DNA of 63,710 nt, filler included, from Reticulomyxa filosa (Eukaryota; Protista; Foraminifera): the NCBI GenBank assembly GCA_000512085.1. It is 17 parts of 17 records of this genome, joined end to end, with 100 filler letters (N's around TTAATTAATTAA, not from the genome) between each part and the next. Parts side by side here need not be neighbours in the genome. Positions count along the whole stretch, not along the records: positions 26,447 to 31,016 come from ASPP01026041.1; positions 31,117 to 32,156 come from ASPP01013592.1; positions 32,257 to 33,843 come from ASPP01010084.1; positions 33,944 to 41,695 come from ASPP01006438.1; 13 more parts are not named here. One strand, written 5' to 3'. The notes below the pieces were generated by a model. That model searched no databases. It was not told where the DNA came from and was given only the letters and a program-made list of their open reading frames with translations. A program made the position numbers and the translations under genes. The first letter of the stretch is position 1. Each line of letters starts with the position of its first letter. Of the stretch, positions 28,251 through 39,983 are shown one piece after another.

Positions 28251-31200
28251 CATTTACTTCCAGTCTTCCTTAACGACAATAGCCACTGTCCTTTTGAATC
28301 CAATTGCGATATACCAAAGCTTTGATATCTATCACCAAATCAACACGAAGATCATACCAATTCTATATCGGAAATGTCTCCATGCGTTTTTGGTGTGTCG
28401 ATATCGGGAGCCACATACACACAATTGCTAATACATGTGAATGATGACGATGGATAGTTGATCAATTATGCATATGATGACTTGAATGCTAATCTGGATG
28501 TTGTTGTGTAATTGTAATCACACAATGTCCATTGTCACTTTGCTTCATTTCCATTAACAGCACCCATAACAACTCATAATTTTGGTCACATGTGCCAACA
28601 CCTTTTGGGGATTAATTGCACCAATTCTCTTTATTTGCACTGGTCCACTTGCTTCATCCGATAAGTTCATCTTGCATGATTCATTAGCACTTGTGATATT
28701 TCTTACATTAATCCATATGTTTATAATATCATTGATTGTCATTTTTTTCCCTTTCACTTAATGTATTTTTCTTCTTCTTTCTTTTTTTTCAATACAAATC
28801 TGAAGCAAACCACTGTACAATGAAAATATCTATGTCCACATTGTCACATATTACAAAAACTAAAAACATGATAAAAATAAAAGATATACCTTGAAATAGA
28901 ACTTTGATGATTGATCTTTGCCATTTTGTGTTCTTGGGAGTTCAAATGATAACAGGATTATACATTATAAGAGAAATTGTTCATGGAATACGCATTCGCT
29001 CGAACACTCACTCTATTCTTTACCACTCATATTAAGATTCATCACAACTTTGGTAATCTATCTTTCTTGTGTTGGTGTAATGTAAATTTTAATCTCTTTT
29101 GTATATCGCAATCAAAATTCAAAAATCGATTGCTTTGTGGTAAGTTCACAAGTCAATTCGCAAATTTGATAACAACGTAATGTACTGCATTTTATCAATA
29201 GATTGGATCAATATCTTTTTTGTCATCCTCGGTGGTGACTAAGTGACTGGATACATTTTAATATTTGACAATTCAATTGCATATTTTTTCCCATTTCAAT
29301 TGACCATTTGTAGAGCCGATTCCAATATTACTGAACCTGATTCCAATTTATTTGTCTGCTAGTAGCACTATTTATTGGGGATGCTCATATTGATCATAGA
29401 CAGTGCAAATACAACCAAAAGATGGCCACGTATAATACAACGACTCAAATTTGGGCAAATTGTTCATAACTACTAACGATTTCTTCTGGACAATATTTTT
29501 TGTTATTTCAAATCTATTTATGTACATATACAGGATAACACACCAATTGTATATTATTAAAGAAAGAGATAGGTAGCTACTTGTTCCATTTAATTCAACC
29601 GACTGGCTTTTTCTCTTTTGATGCGATATTTAGTCACTTGCGATTTGATTTTGGGTATCATGTTCAACTCGTAAGCGTACAGCTATCGAAAGTATGAAAT
29701 ATTTGTTCGAATTGACTGTAAGCGTGTCGATTCTTTGTAATTCTTGCTCGAGATTGACGAATTTCCTCGTTTCGAAAATGGACTGTCTGGACAAATATGA
29801 TCCAATGGAAGTCAATTTGAAAACACTTCTAAAAATGTTTTGGAAGCGCAGTTTGTCCAAACGAATACCTGGTATATTTTTTGTTGTGTCGGGTGGTGTG
29901 ATTGTCGTTGCTGTGAGTGTAGATTTTTTGATTTGGTATTTGTAATTGAGCATATCGTTCGAGAGGCGTTGGCAGCGTATTGTTGAATGTTGAATCAAAT
30001 GATGGAATTACATTTAGCTTCATGCAAGCGACAAATACACGTTATCTTTCTGCACTGGTACGTATCAGAGTTGACGTTGCGCAAAATGGAGTGATTGAAC
30101 ATAAGTTCCAATTAAAATACTTGATCGTTGCGCCAATTTCTTCGCCGGAGAGGATCCGAAGTTTTATTTCTATAATGTGATAATTATATTTTAATTTTTT
30201 TTAAACAAACACAAATGAGAAAAAAATAACTTAACTGGATCGATATCCTTGGCGGGACACATCCATTATTTTTTTTCAATAAAAAAATTAAAAAAATAAC
30301 ATTTAACTTATAATTTTTTTCATTCTTATTCTTTTATTTTTTTTCACTTTCACTTATTATTTTTTTTTTCTATTTCATTAATTATTTTCTTTCTTATATT
30401 CTTATTTCTTTTTTTTTCTTTCATTCATCATTTTCTTTATTATCATTTTTTTTTCTTATTCTTTTTTTTCCATCTTTTTTCTTCTTATTTTCTTTTATTT
30501 TTATTAGTCCTTTTTTTTCATTCCACCATCTTAATCTTTTTTTCCCCCCTAATAATTCATTTCCTCTTTTTTTTCTACCCCCCACTTGATACATAATTTT
30601 TCCCCTTCACAATACACTTTTTTTAAAAAATACATATCCTGCCTTTTCAGTGAACGATACTATATACACAAAAACAAAGACATATTTTATAATTTTTAAA
30701 CAAACAAAAAAAACATATTTATAACTATTATAAGTCGCGACACATTATCTATTTTTTTTTCTATTAAACACACTTCAAGTTTTTTTTTAAGGGAGTGGGA
30801 AAACAAATAAATATATATACACATATATGTCTTTTTTTTTGAGGGAATTCCTATTTCATCACAAGAACAAACACATTTTATAACAAAGTGATACATGTAC
30901 ATAAACAAAAAAAACATATACAAACCTTTTTGTTTTTTTTTTCAAACGGAGTAGACTTCAACCCCAGTGATCTTTTTTTTTTTGTGTGTACGTACGGAGG
31001 GTGGTACAGATGAAGCNNNNNNNNNNNNNNNNNNNNNNNNNNNNNNNNNNNNNNNNNNNNTTAATTAATTAANNNNNNNNNNNNNNNNNNNNNNNNNNNN
31101 NNNNNNNNNNNNNNNNAAAAAAAAAAAAAGCTATCTAAAATGTATTAGAAAAGAAAAAATAATAAAAAATAAGGCTCATTTTTGCTTTTTGTGTTTTAGT

Positions 31201-31372
31201 TTGAAAAAAACAAAAACAACCAATGATTTAAAAAAAACAAGCATTACTACATTTAAAAAAAAAAAAAAGAACAAAACTATTTGGGGGGAAAAAAAAAAAG
31301 AAAAAGAATGGACAAGCTGTTCACATTAAGAACAACAATTACACACATACACACAAGGTGATAGATACACAA

Positions 31373-32114
31373 CTAAGGAATAGATTTTTGTGGTGCGTGA
31401 AACGAGTTACGGTTGGGTTGTTTGGTTTGACGTTGAGCGTAATGTGGACAATAGTTAGCAAGGTTGAAGCACCAGTACTTAAGCAGAGAGGGTGGGGTGT
31501 TGCCAGTCATCCAAGGATGTTTCAACGCAAATTTAGCCGTCGGACGCCTTTTGGCATCCACATTCAACAAACTGCCAATAAAGTGTTGGCCCAACTGTGA
31601 GATTTGGCACTTCCGTTGTGGAAATTGCCACATACCATTTTCAATTTTGACGCGCAACTGATTAATATTTTTAAACCCAAAACAGCGTTCCGCAGTTAAC
31701 ATTTCAAATCCCAACACCTTTGATTTATTTATTTACTTTTATTGCATATACATAAAATGTATGTATGTATATATGTATATATATGTATATATCCTTTTAA
31801 TGGACAACAAAACTCCAATTGCCCAAATATCTGCAGCTTTCAATTCCCAGCCAGTATGCACACGAAATCTCTCTGGAGCCATACAACACAATGTCCCAAC
31901 AAAGTCAGTGTAGTGATCTTCATCCTTCACTACTCTTGCCACTGCAAAGTCAATCAGTTTTGGTTTCTCATGGCATTCATCGGTAAATACAATATTATCC
32001 AATTTTATATCACGATGCACTATATTCTTGCGATGCAACTTCAGCACACTTTTCAAAATTTGCTTCAGCAAGTCCCGACATCTCGTTTCATCCAATCCAT
32101 TGTTGGATTCTACT

Positions 32115-32118
<4 letters not shown>
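31373..32118 (-). CDS. CaMK-like Ser/Thr protein kinase, C-lobe fragment, 2 exons
   Basis: IVHRDIKLDN, KLIDFAVA, VGTLCCMAPE, ADIWAIG/VLGFEML and RRPTAKFALKHPW. Confidence 0.9.
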
Positions 32119-32156
<38 letters not shown>

Positions 32157-32293
32157 NNNNNNNNNNNNNNNNNNNNNNNNNNNNNNNNNNNNNNNNNNNN
32201 TTAATTAATTAANNNNNNNNNNNNNNNNNNNNNNNNNNNNNNNNNNNNNNNNNNNNACATATATGTATATATGTATATATGTATATATAAAAG

Positions 32294-33107
32294 CAATGGA
32301 TATATCGATGTATTATATGTGTCACCCGAACGATTGGACAACCACAACTTTTGCAACTTTCTAAGAAGGTGTCTTGGTGGTCGATTGCACTTTGTTTGTA
32401 TCGACGAAGCCCACTGCATCAGCGAGTGGAGTCACAACTTCAGACCCTCGTATCTGCGTTTGAAAGGCATCTTAAAAGACGTCCTAAACATCCCTACATT
32501 ACTTGCTTGCACCGCTACGGCCACTCAAATGACTCAACAGTCCATCCTCAAGTACAATATATACATATATGTACATATATATATATATATATTATATTGT
32601 GGTATGCATTGATGGACAAAATATTACAGGAGCTTAGATATTCCGATCAGCAATGTCGTGAAAGCGTTGGAAAGTCGTGAGAATTTGAATTTGCGTGTGT
32701 CGTATTGCCCTCGCGACAACAAGTTGGAGTACTTGTTGGACCTGTTGAATCGCGAGCCATTCAAAGCCTTGCAGTCGTTAATCGTTTACGTGCCTTTGAA
32801 AAAAGACGCCGATGAAATCACCGTGCGAGCGTCGGTGAGATTTTCCAAGTATGGACGTAGCGTACGCGCCTATCACGCCGGCTTGAAGTCCGAAGAAAGG
32901 AAGCAAATCCAAGACGATTTCATGAGTGGAAAATTGCACATTGTCGTGGCCACCATTGCATTTGGCATGGGACTAGACAAAAAAGACGTTCGAAGCGTCA
33001 TTCACTATGCCATGCCCAAAACGATGGAACATTATGTCCAAGTATTTTGTTTTCGCTTTAAAGATTGAATACATATATAATATTATATACATATATTTGT
33101 ATATACA

Positions 33108-33138
<31 letters not shown>

Positions 33139-33752
33139 GTATATACTGTGTATAAAAGGAAATTGGAAGAGCAGGTCGTGATGGACTACCATCGGAATGC
33201 CATTTGTTATATCACAACAGCGATGTTATTCAATTGCAATCATGGATTTATCAAGACGGGGTCGACGTAGAACAAATCCAAGAATTACTGTTTTCATTGT
33301 TTTTCCCATCCTCACGCAAAACGGGATTGTCGAAAGCAAAAGCCTTGTCCAAGTCCTCTTGTCCTCGTGACGACTACGATGCCGCTAATGACGACGACTG
33401 CAAGGAGGAACACATAATGGTCGCGATCTCACAGGACTGGGGCTACTGTCGGCGCATCGACGTCAAGTCGACGATGGTACACACCATTTTGACCTATTTG
33501 GATATCTATGAAACACAACACGTCAAGTTGCTGCCCACCACACACAATCTGGTGAGAATTGGAGTGCTCAATCAAAGTGACGTGGACGCCATGCTGAAGC
33601 TGTCTCCAATCCTTAACTATGTCCTCACTCACGTCAAAAAAAGAACCAATGGATATTACACCACGAGACTGACCAAAATTTTCAATCATCTTCAAGACAA
33701 CTCCACCAGTATTTTTGCCATTCAACAGCATCTCAAAGACCTCAAAGTTTAG
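32294..33752 (+). CDS. RecQ-family helicase (RECQL4-like), internal fragment
   Basis: VLYVSPERL, CIDEAHCISEWSHNFRPSY, TATAT, AYHAGL, VATIAFGMGLDKKDVR and QEIGRAGRDG (across an intron). The SHNFRP variant is typical of RECQL4. Confidence 0.9.
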
Positions 33753-34469
33753 CTCTCATATGTGCACATGCATTTTACCCCTTTTTTTTTTTTTACGAAC
33801 AATAATAATAATAATAATAATGAATAATATATATTTATATAAANNNNNNNNNNNNNNNNNNNNNNNNNNNNNNNNNNNNNNNNNNNNTTAATTAATTAAN
33901 NNNNNNNNNNNNNNNNNNNNNNNNNNNNNNNNNNNNNNNNNNNGTGTCAACTTTCTTTTTTATCTTACTGTAGTATTAGAATGAAACATGCTATCCCAAT
34001 TGCATATAATGCAAGCTTCATTGCAATTGCCAAGCTGGACAGCATTTGGACATTGTAAAATTCATACAAGCAATAAATATTTTTTAAAGATCAAAAATGA
34101 AACTTTTTTTGTGTTTAATTTGAATAATTTTGAAGATTATTTTAAAATACATATTAATATTAATCATTTACTTTAATTTTGATGTCTTAACAGACATGAG
34201 CATTTTAACATTTTAACAGATATTTGGAATAATTTCATCAAAATATTCTTTTATCTTGAATAGTTTGATAAACAATTTTTTAAATTGCGAAAATGATGTC
34301 CTAAAATTTTGAAAAGATTGATAAGCTCAGCAATTTACACCTTCAATTTTACAAACATTTTCTTCCTCTTAAAAAAAAGAAGATAATGCACAGAAGTGAG
34401 TGATTGCACATGTTTCAACTTTTGTCATCGAACGTACACTATTCCAATGTCTCTTTTCTGACAATAATT

Positions 34470-37400
34470 TTAAAATTTGCCTCCACGTTGTTTTACAAGC
34501 AACTTTTGCCAATGTTCCAAGCCGCTCACCCCTTCCCATGTACTGCCAACGGTTGTTAATCCGCAACCATCAACGCCTACTTGCCACTTGCGTCTCACCT
34601 GTCCCGTACGCCACAAATAAGAACTCGATGGTTTGAGATTTTCTTTGACTGTTTTAGTGTTACCAACGTCTGAGCGTTGCTCATCAAGCCCAGAATCCAC
34701 TACCCAGAGTCGAATTGTACGGTCACTTGAAGAAGATACAATTGAACAACCATCTGGCGAAAACGAAATTCCGCATACTGGACCCGAGTGCCCTCTTAAT
34801 GTTGTTATTCGTTTACCTGCTTTAACATCCCATATTCTAATTGTTTTATCATTTGAACACGACGCAAGAATAGTTCCATCTGGCGAGTACTGAATTTCGT
34901 TGACAATATCTGAGTGCCCTTTCATGCAATGTATCTGTTTTCCTGATTCAAAATTCCATATTCGAATTGTTTTATCAAATGAACACGAAGAAAAATGTTG
35001 GCGATCAGGTGAAAAATGGATAGAATATACTAAATCTTCATGTCCCTTAAACTTTTTCGTAAAGGCACATGTAACTAAGTCATAGACACGAATATCCGTT
35101 ACTCCAATTAAAATAGTCCGACCATCCGGAGAATATTGCACAGAAAGAGGCGAAATAGCTGTAATTTTGCTGATTTCTTTTTCTAAACGAACATCCCATA
35201 TCCGAACTGTATTATCAAAACCAGCTGACACAATATTGCCACCGTCTGGTGAATAGTGCAACCCCATTATTATATTGGAATGTCCCTCAAATTTTTTAAT
35301 TTCTCTTTCGGATGAAACATCACATATTCGAATTGTTCCATCAACTGAACATGATACAAGTGTATGACCACCTGGTAAATAATGCAAATCACAAATGGTT
35401 GCAGTGTGATTCTCCAATTTTTTCAATTCTCTTCCTGTCATTGTGTCCCATATTCGAATGGTTTTATCAGCTGAGCCACTTGCAATTGTGAGACCATCCG
35501 GTGAAAATCGAATGTTTTTGATAGCACCCTTATGCCCGTCCAATTTTATTAACTTTTGTTTTGTTACAGCATCCCATCTTCGAATGGTTTTATCAACTGA
35601 GCAAGACAAAATAGTGCTGCCATCTGATGAGTATAGCACTCCAGTTACATTACCTAAATGTCCTTCCAAGCTGTTTGACTCTCTTCCTGATTCTACATTC
35701 CATATTCGAATTGTTCTGTCTTTTGAACAAGATACAATCGTGCGATCGTCAGGCGAAAATTGTGCCATATCTACTGCGAACAAATGCCCTACGAATTTTT
35801 GTATTTCATTTCCTGATTCGACATCCCATATTCGAATTGTTTTGTCAGTCGAACAGGATAATATAGTGCGTTTATCATGTGAGTATTGCACTGTTTTTAT
35901 CAAGTCTGAATGTCCTTTGAACACTTGCACTTCTTTTTTTGAGTTGATATTCCACAATCGAATTGTTGAATCTTTTAAGCATCCTAGAATCATAGAATCA
36001 TCTGGTGAAAATTGAACACTTTGTATACCGATTTCTATTCTATTGAATCCTGCCAACGCTCGACCTGAATTTACGTCCCAAAATTGAATGTTGCCAATCT
36101 TTGAGCAAGCCACAATCATATGACCACTAAATGAGTATTGAGCATGTAGCACAGTATCTTCCAATTGAAAATGCCTAAACAGCTCCCCTGACGTCGTATC
36201 CCATATTCGAACTGTAGCATCTATTGAACACGACAAAATATGTTTGCCATCTGGCGAATATTGGACCTGATGGATGGCAGCGGTATGGTTTATTTTCTGA
36301 ATCTCCTTTCTTGACTCTAGATCCCATATTCGAATCGTTTTATCTGTTGAACCTGACACAACTGTGCGTCCATCCGGAGAATAGTGTATTGATGTTATAG
36401 CATCAGAATGACCTTCTAAATACGGATACTCACCAAAGTTAACACCTTTGAGCTTTGCATTTTTAAAATTAGTATTACGCAAGAAAGCTTGTGAAAAACT
36501 AACATTGTTCAAGTTTGCATTTACCAAAGTTGTTCCTTCTAGAAAGGCCATATCTAATATGGCATGAGGGATTTGAATATTGTCCCAATTTTGATCGTGC
36601 AAATTAGCTCTGGCAGCATTGAGGATAGTTGCAGCATTAGAGGCACCAATTTGAACTTGTTGATTTGTTTTTGATGACTCAATTATTCGGAGCAATCGAG
36701 ATTTTAAATTAACAAATTTTTCATCCTGGTCACGAATTTTTTCGACAATGAAGTAGATGACTTCCATGTCTTCGTTTAACAGCTTGGAATTGATTTTGAA
36801 AGTGTGAGCTTTCTCTTGAAATTGTCGTTGGAATTCGTTATTGTTAAGACCAAAGTGAGTTGGTCGCCATGAAAGGATATCATAAATAATAGCATGTGCA
36901 GCAAAATATTCTTGAAAAGACTTGTGCAAAAATGAGTATTGATTTTTACCAAGCCGTCTCAATATACATTTGGCCAAAGAATCTCCTTGAAAGTATTTGT
37001 CCCATACATGAAGTCTCGAGAACTCAGCGAAAGAATCTTCCGTTTTTGTTTCGTGTACATCATCGTTAATCGTTCGACTGATAAACTTACTGAACTCATC
37101 GAAAAAGTTGCCAAATTTTTCGCTCTTTGTATCCATAACCGGATCTACTTTTTTAAAGAAGCTGTCAATTTCACGACTGGCATCCAAAGTCCTTTCTGTT
37201 GCGACTTGACTTGCTTGCAAAAACATTTCAAATCCTAACTCTTCGCAATATTTTTGTAATGCAATTTTCATTTTATTTACATTAACTTGTATTCGTAGAT
37301 CTGATAATTTATTGGAAAGAGTGTGTGCATGTAAATTTATCCATTGTTCATTGAATGCTTCATACACTTGCGTCCTTGAAATATTGGCCCCTTTGGGATG

Positions 37401-39983
37401 TCTTTTCATCAATTCTGGTAATACTGTCAATATCAGTCGAAGCAAGAATGGCTCTTCCACCATTTTATGCAGATTGGGATAGACTTTTAAAGTTTCTGTG
37501 TATTGCAATGGTGTCCAATCTGAATTTTCCATTTTACTTTTTTTAGTCATGTTACAAATTTTTCAATATAAGCATGCATTTTTTCATTTGAGAATGGCCA
37601 CAAATAAATCATTGTTGTTGTTGGACCAAGCAAAACTTGTTTGATATCTTCTTCATTTAATACATGACTTCGACAAGTAACAATGAATTTTGCATTCCAT
37701 CCACTTAAATTAAAACGGTTATAAAAGTTTCTTCCTTTGGTTTCATTACCCTTGCTTTTGTTATAACCATCAAATATTTCATCAAATCCATCTATAATAA
37801 ATACAAATGAAATAGTTTCTTGGATGATATCTATTGTCTCTTTGTTCAATTGTTTCATTTGCAGTGCTTGAGAAATGACATCTTGTTCATTTAGATGATT
37901 ATAACATTTTGGTAACGAGATATAAACAGGAATGGATGAAGTAAAACCATTTACATAATTTTTCCATAATGTTTCTTCCAAATGACGACAAAATAAACTC
38001 TTTCCTGATCCTGATTTTCCTTGTAATATCATCACTTGTTTTGGCTGTTCACTTTTTTCTTCTAAAAATTCAATTATATGTTGATGACAATCATACGTAG
38101 CATTACTTTGTTTACTGTCATCTTCACTTACATGCGGATAATTATTTGCCTGCAATGGAATATACATTTCAAGTGCTTGCAGTATTGCAGTATCTTCTTC
38201 TAATTCTTGTTTTCTTGATTGTTGTAATATGAATGCAACATCAGCACAACTTGTAGGATTTGTGTCGCCCATGATACATTTTTTGAAATATTCAAATAAA
38301 ATCACATAAATTGCCCTTCCTTTCAATTTCGTTGGAGTAAAATTGCAAAGTTGAGTATACACAAATTGTGCTAATTTCAATACAGTATTAGCATTGATTT
38401 CTTCTGCTGTTTTTCCCTTTAGTTGGGGTGGTTTCAATATTCCAATGCTGAGATGTTCTTTATAACGATTTGCAATTTTTTTAATTTCTTTTTCGTTAAT
38501 CCACTCACAAATAATGTCATTGATTTTGATTAAAGTTTCATCACTTGCTTGTTTCAATTCTTCTTCATTTGAATTATTTGGTTTCCATGCTCGAATCAAT
38601 TCATAAAATAAATGACTTAATTTTGGGTTTTCAATTATTGTATATCCTTCTAATGTCGTGAAGTTTTTCAATGTGGCTTGCATTTCAATATATACGTCAT
38701 GCTTTGGAACATACAATTTGACATTATGAAAACGATGATGAGTCTTCGATTGCTTATTGAAGAAGTCCTTATCTTCAGACACAATCAAATTGAATTGTTC
38801 GGCTTTCTTTATCACTGCTACTGCAGTTTGTAATTTAGTTGAATTATCACATAAAATAGTAAATCTTCCAATATCAAATGCTTGATTAAAATCACCATCA
38901 TAATCAGCTTGAATCTTTTCCAATAATCTTTCATTTCCTTTCAAACTGGAAGATTTCACAACTGTGATGTCATATCTTTGCAATTCTGTCACTAAATTCT
39001 TAATTTCAATACTATTCATTGCATTTTCACTTTTTTCTCTTAATTCTTCAATACTCTTTGCATGCTGTCGAATTTTCGTTGCGCTAATTTCATACAAAAT
39101 CCCAGGTTGGATTGTATATGAGCATTGATAATTGTTATCTTTCACAGGTGCCAAATCACCGCTTGCACCAATCGAATGCTCTGCATTGTATAACATGGCT
39201 TTTACAACTGATGTAACTGTTAATTTTCCACAATCAGGACAGGTAAATAATGTTTGTCCGGACATGAATGACACGCTCTCGAATCCAATGTTCACCCACA
39301 CCAACAGTTTGCCTTTTGCTGCCAAGCAATCTTCATTTATGCAATTGCCTTGTAAATTAATACCAGGTTTAAATTCTCCAATTTCCACCAATTCTTTTTC
39401 TTTCCGTAAATTGTCTACTTTCTTTTCTTCCATTTCAATAACTTGCTCACTGTTCGTCTTATTCGAGTTTTTATTTGCCCATTTTTTCGTGACATAAATA
39501 AATAAATGTTTGTAATGATTTTAACTTGTATAGTATTGTCAATTAACAATTCCGTCTTATGCTCCGATAACAAATCTTCATTTACGTTCTTTGATATTTA
39601 AAAAAAAAATAAACAAAAAATAGTGACAATATGTAATTATACACAAATCTTACTTTTTGTTTGAGCAATTTCGAGACCAGATGTTCAATTACATGTGAAA
39701 CATTGCCATTGTTTTGTTCCAACGTCTTTCGCAATTCTTCTTCGTTCGTAACCTCATCACATAATCTTAACAATGCTTTTATCTCCATTGCATATTTTTC
39801 TTGATTATTGTCTTGTTTTGCATGCTCTGGCTTATTATCCATTCCTCCATTCATTGTTGGCTCCTCCAAGCCAACTTTGTCAATTCCGACATTTCCTTCC
39901 ACACACAGTTCAAATACAGAAACATATTCACTCACGTTCGATGTACTTGTTTTATTGCGACGTTCTGTTGCCAACGTACTCAT
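34470..39983 (-). CDS. NLR-like STAND protein: UBA/CUE-like, Cys4 domain, RelA/SpoT-like nucleotidyltransferase, NACHT, pentapeptide repeats, 14 WD40 (about 1770 aa; one 1-nt frameshift)
   Basis: Exon 1 is 39983-39654 (GT donor). Exon 2 starts near 39457. Walker A GKSGSGKS at 38020-37997 and Walker B FVFIIDGFDE. NACHT-associated PFLL and YSFLHKSFQEYFAA. Pentapeptide repeats at about 36430-36610. 14 WD40 repeats at about 36420-34700. ORFs 37547-39433 and 34470-37550 join at the frameshift. Confidence 0.88.

Noticed and set aside
28900-30270. Minus-strand coding-like region
   Set aside because: Multiple stops and no recognisable motif. Probably a pseudogene, but unassignable.
30300-30620. Pyrimidine-rich tract as a functional element
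   Set aside because: Low complexity with no periodicity, consistent with ordinary T-rich intergenic or low-quality sequence.
34633-37546. Plus-strand ORFs over the WD40/NACHT gene, and similar antisense ORFs at 45435-46383 and 63038-63487
   Set aside because: Shadow ORFs of real coding sequence on the other strand, with no independent motifs.
34470-39433. Two-gene bacterial operon with ATGA translational coupling, or bacterial contaminant
   Set aside because: The break falls inside one NACHT module and a single added base fuses the ORFs. An upstream GT-AG intron and host-like AT-rich flanks favour a eukaryotic gene.
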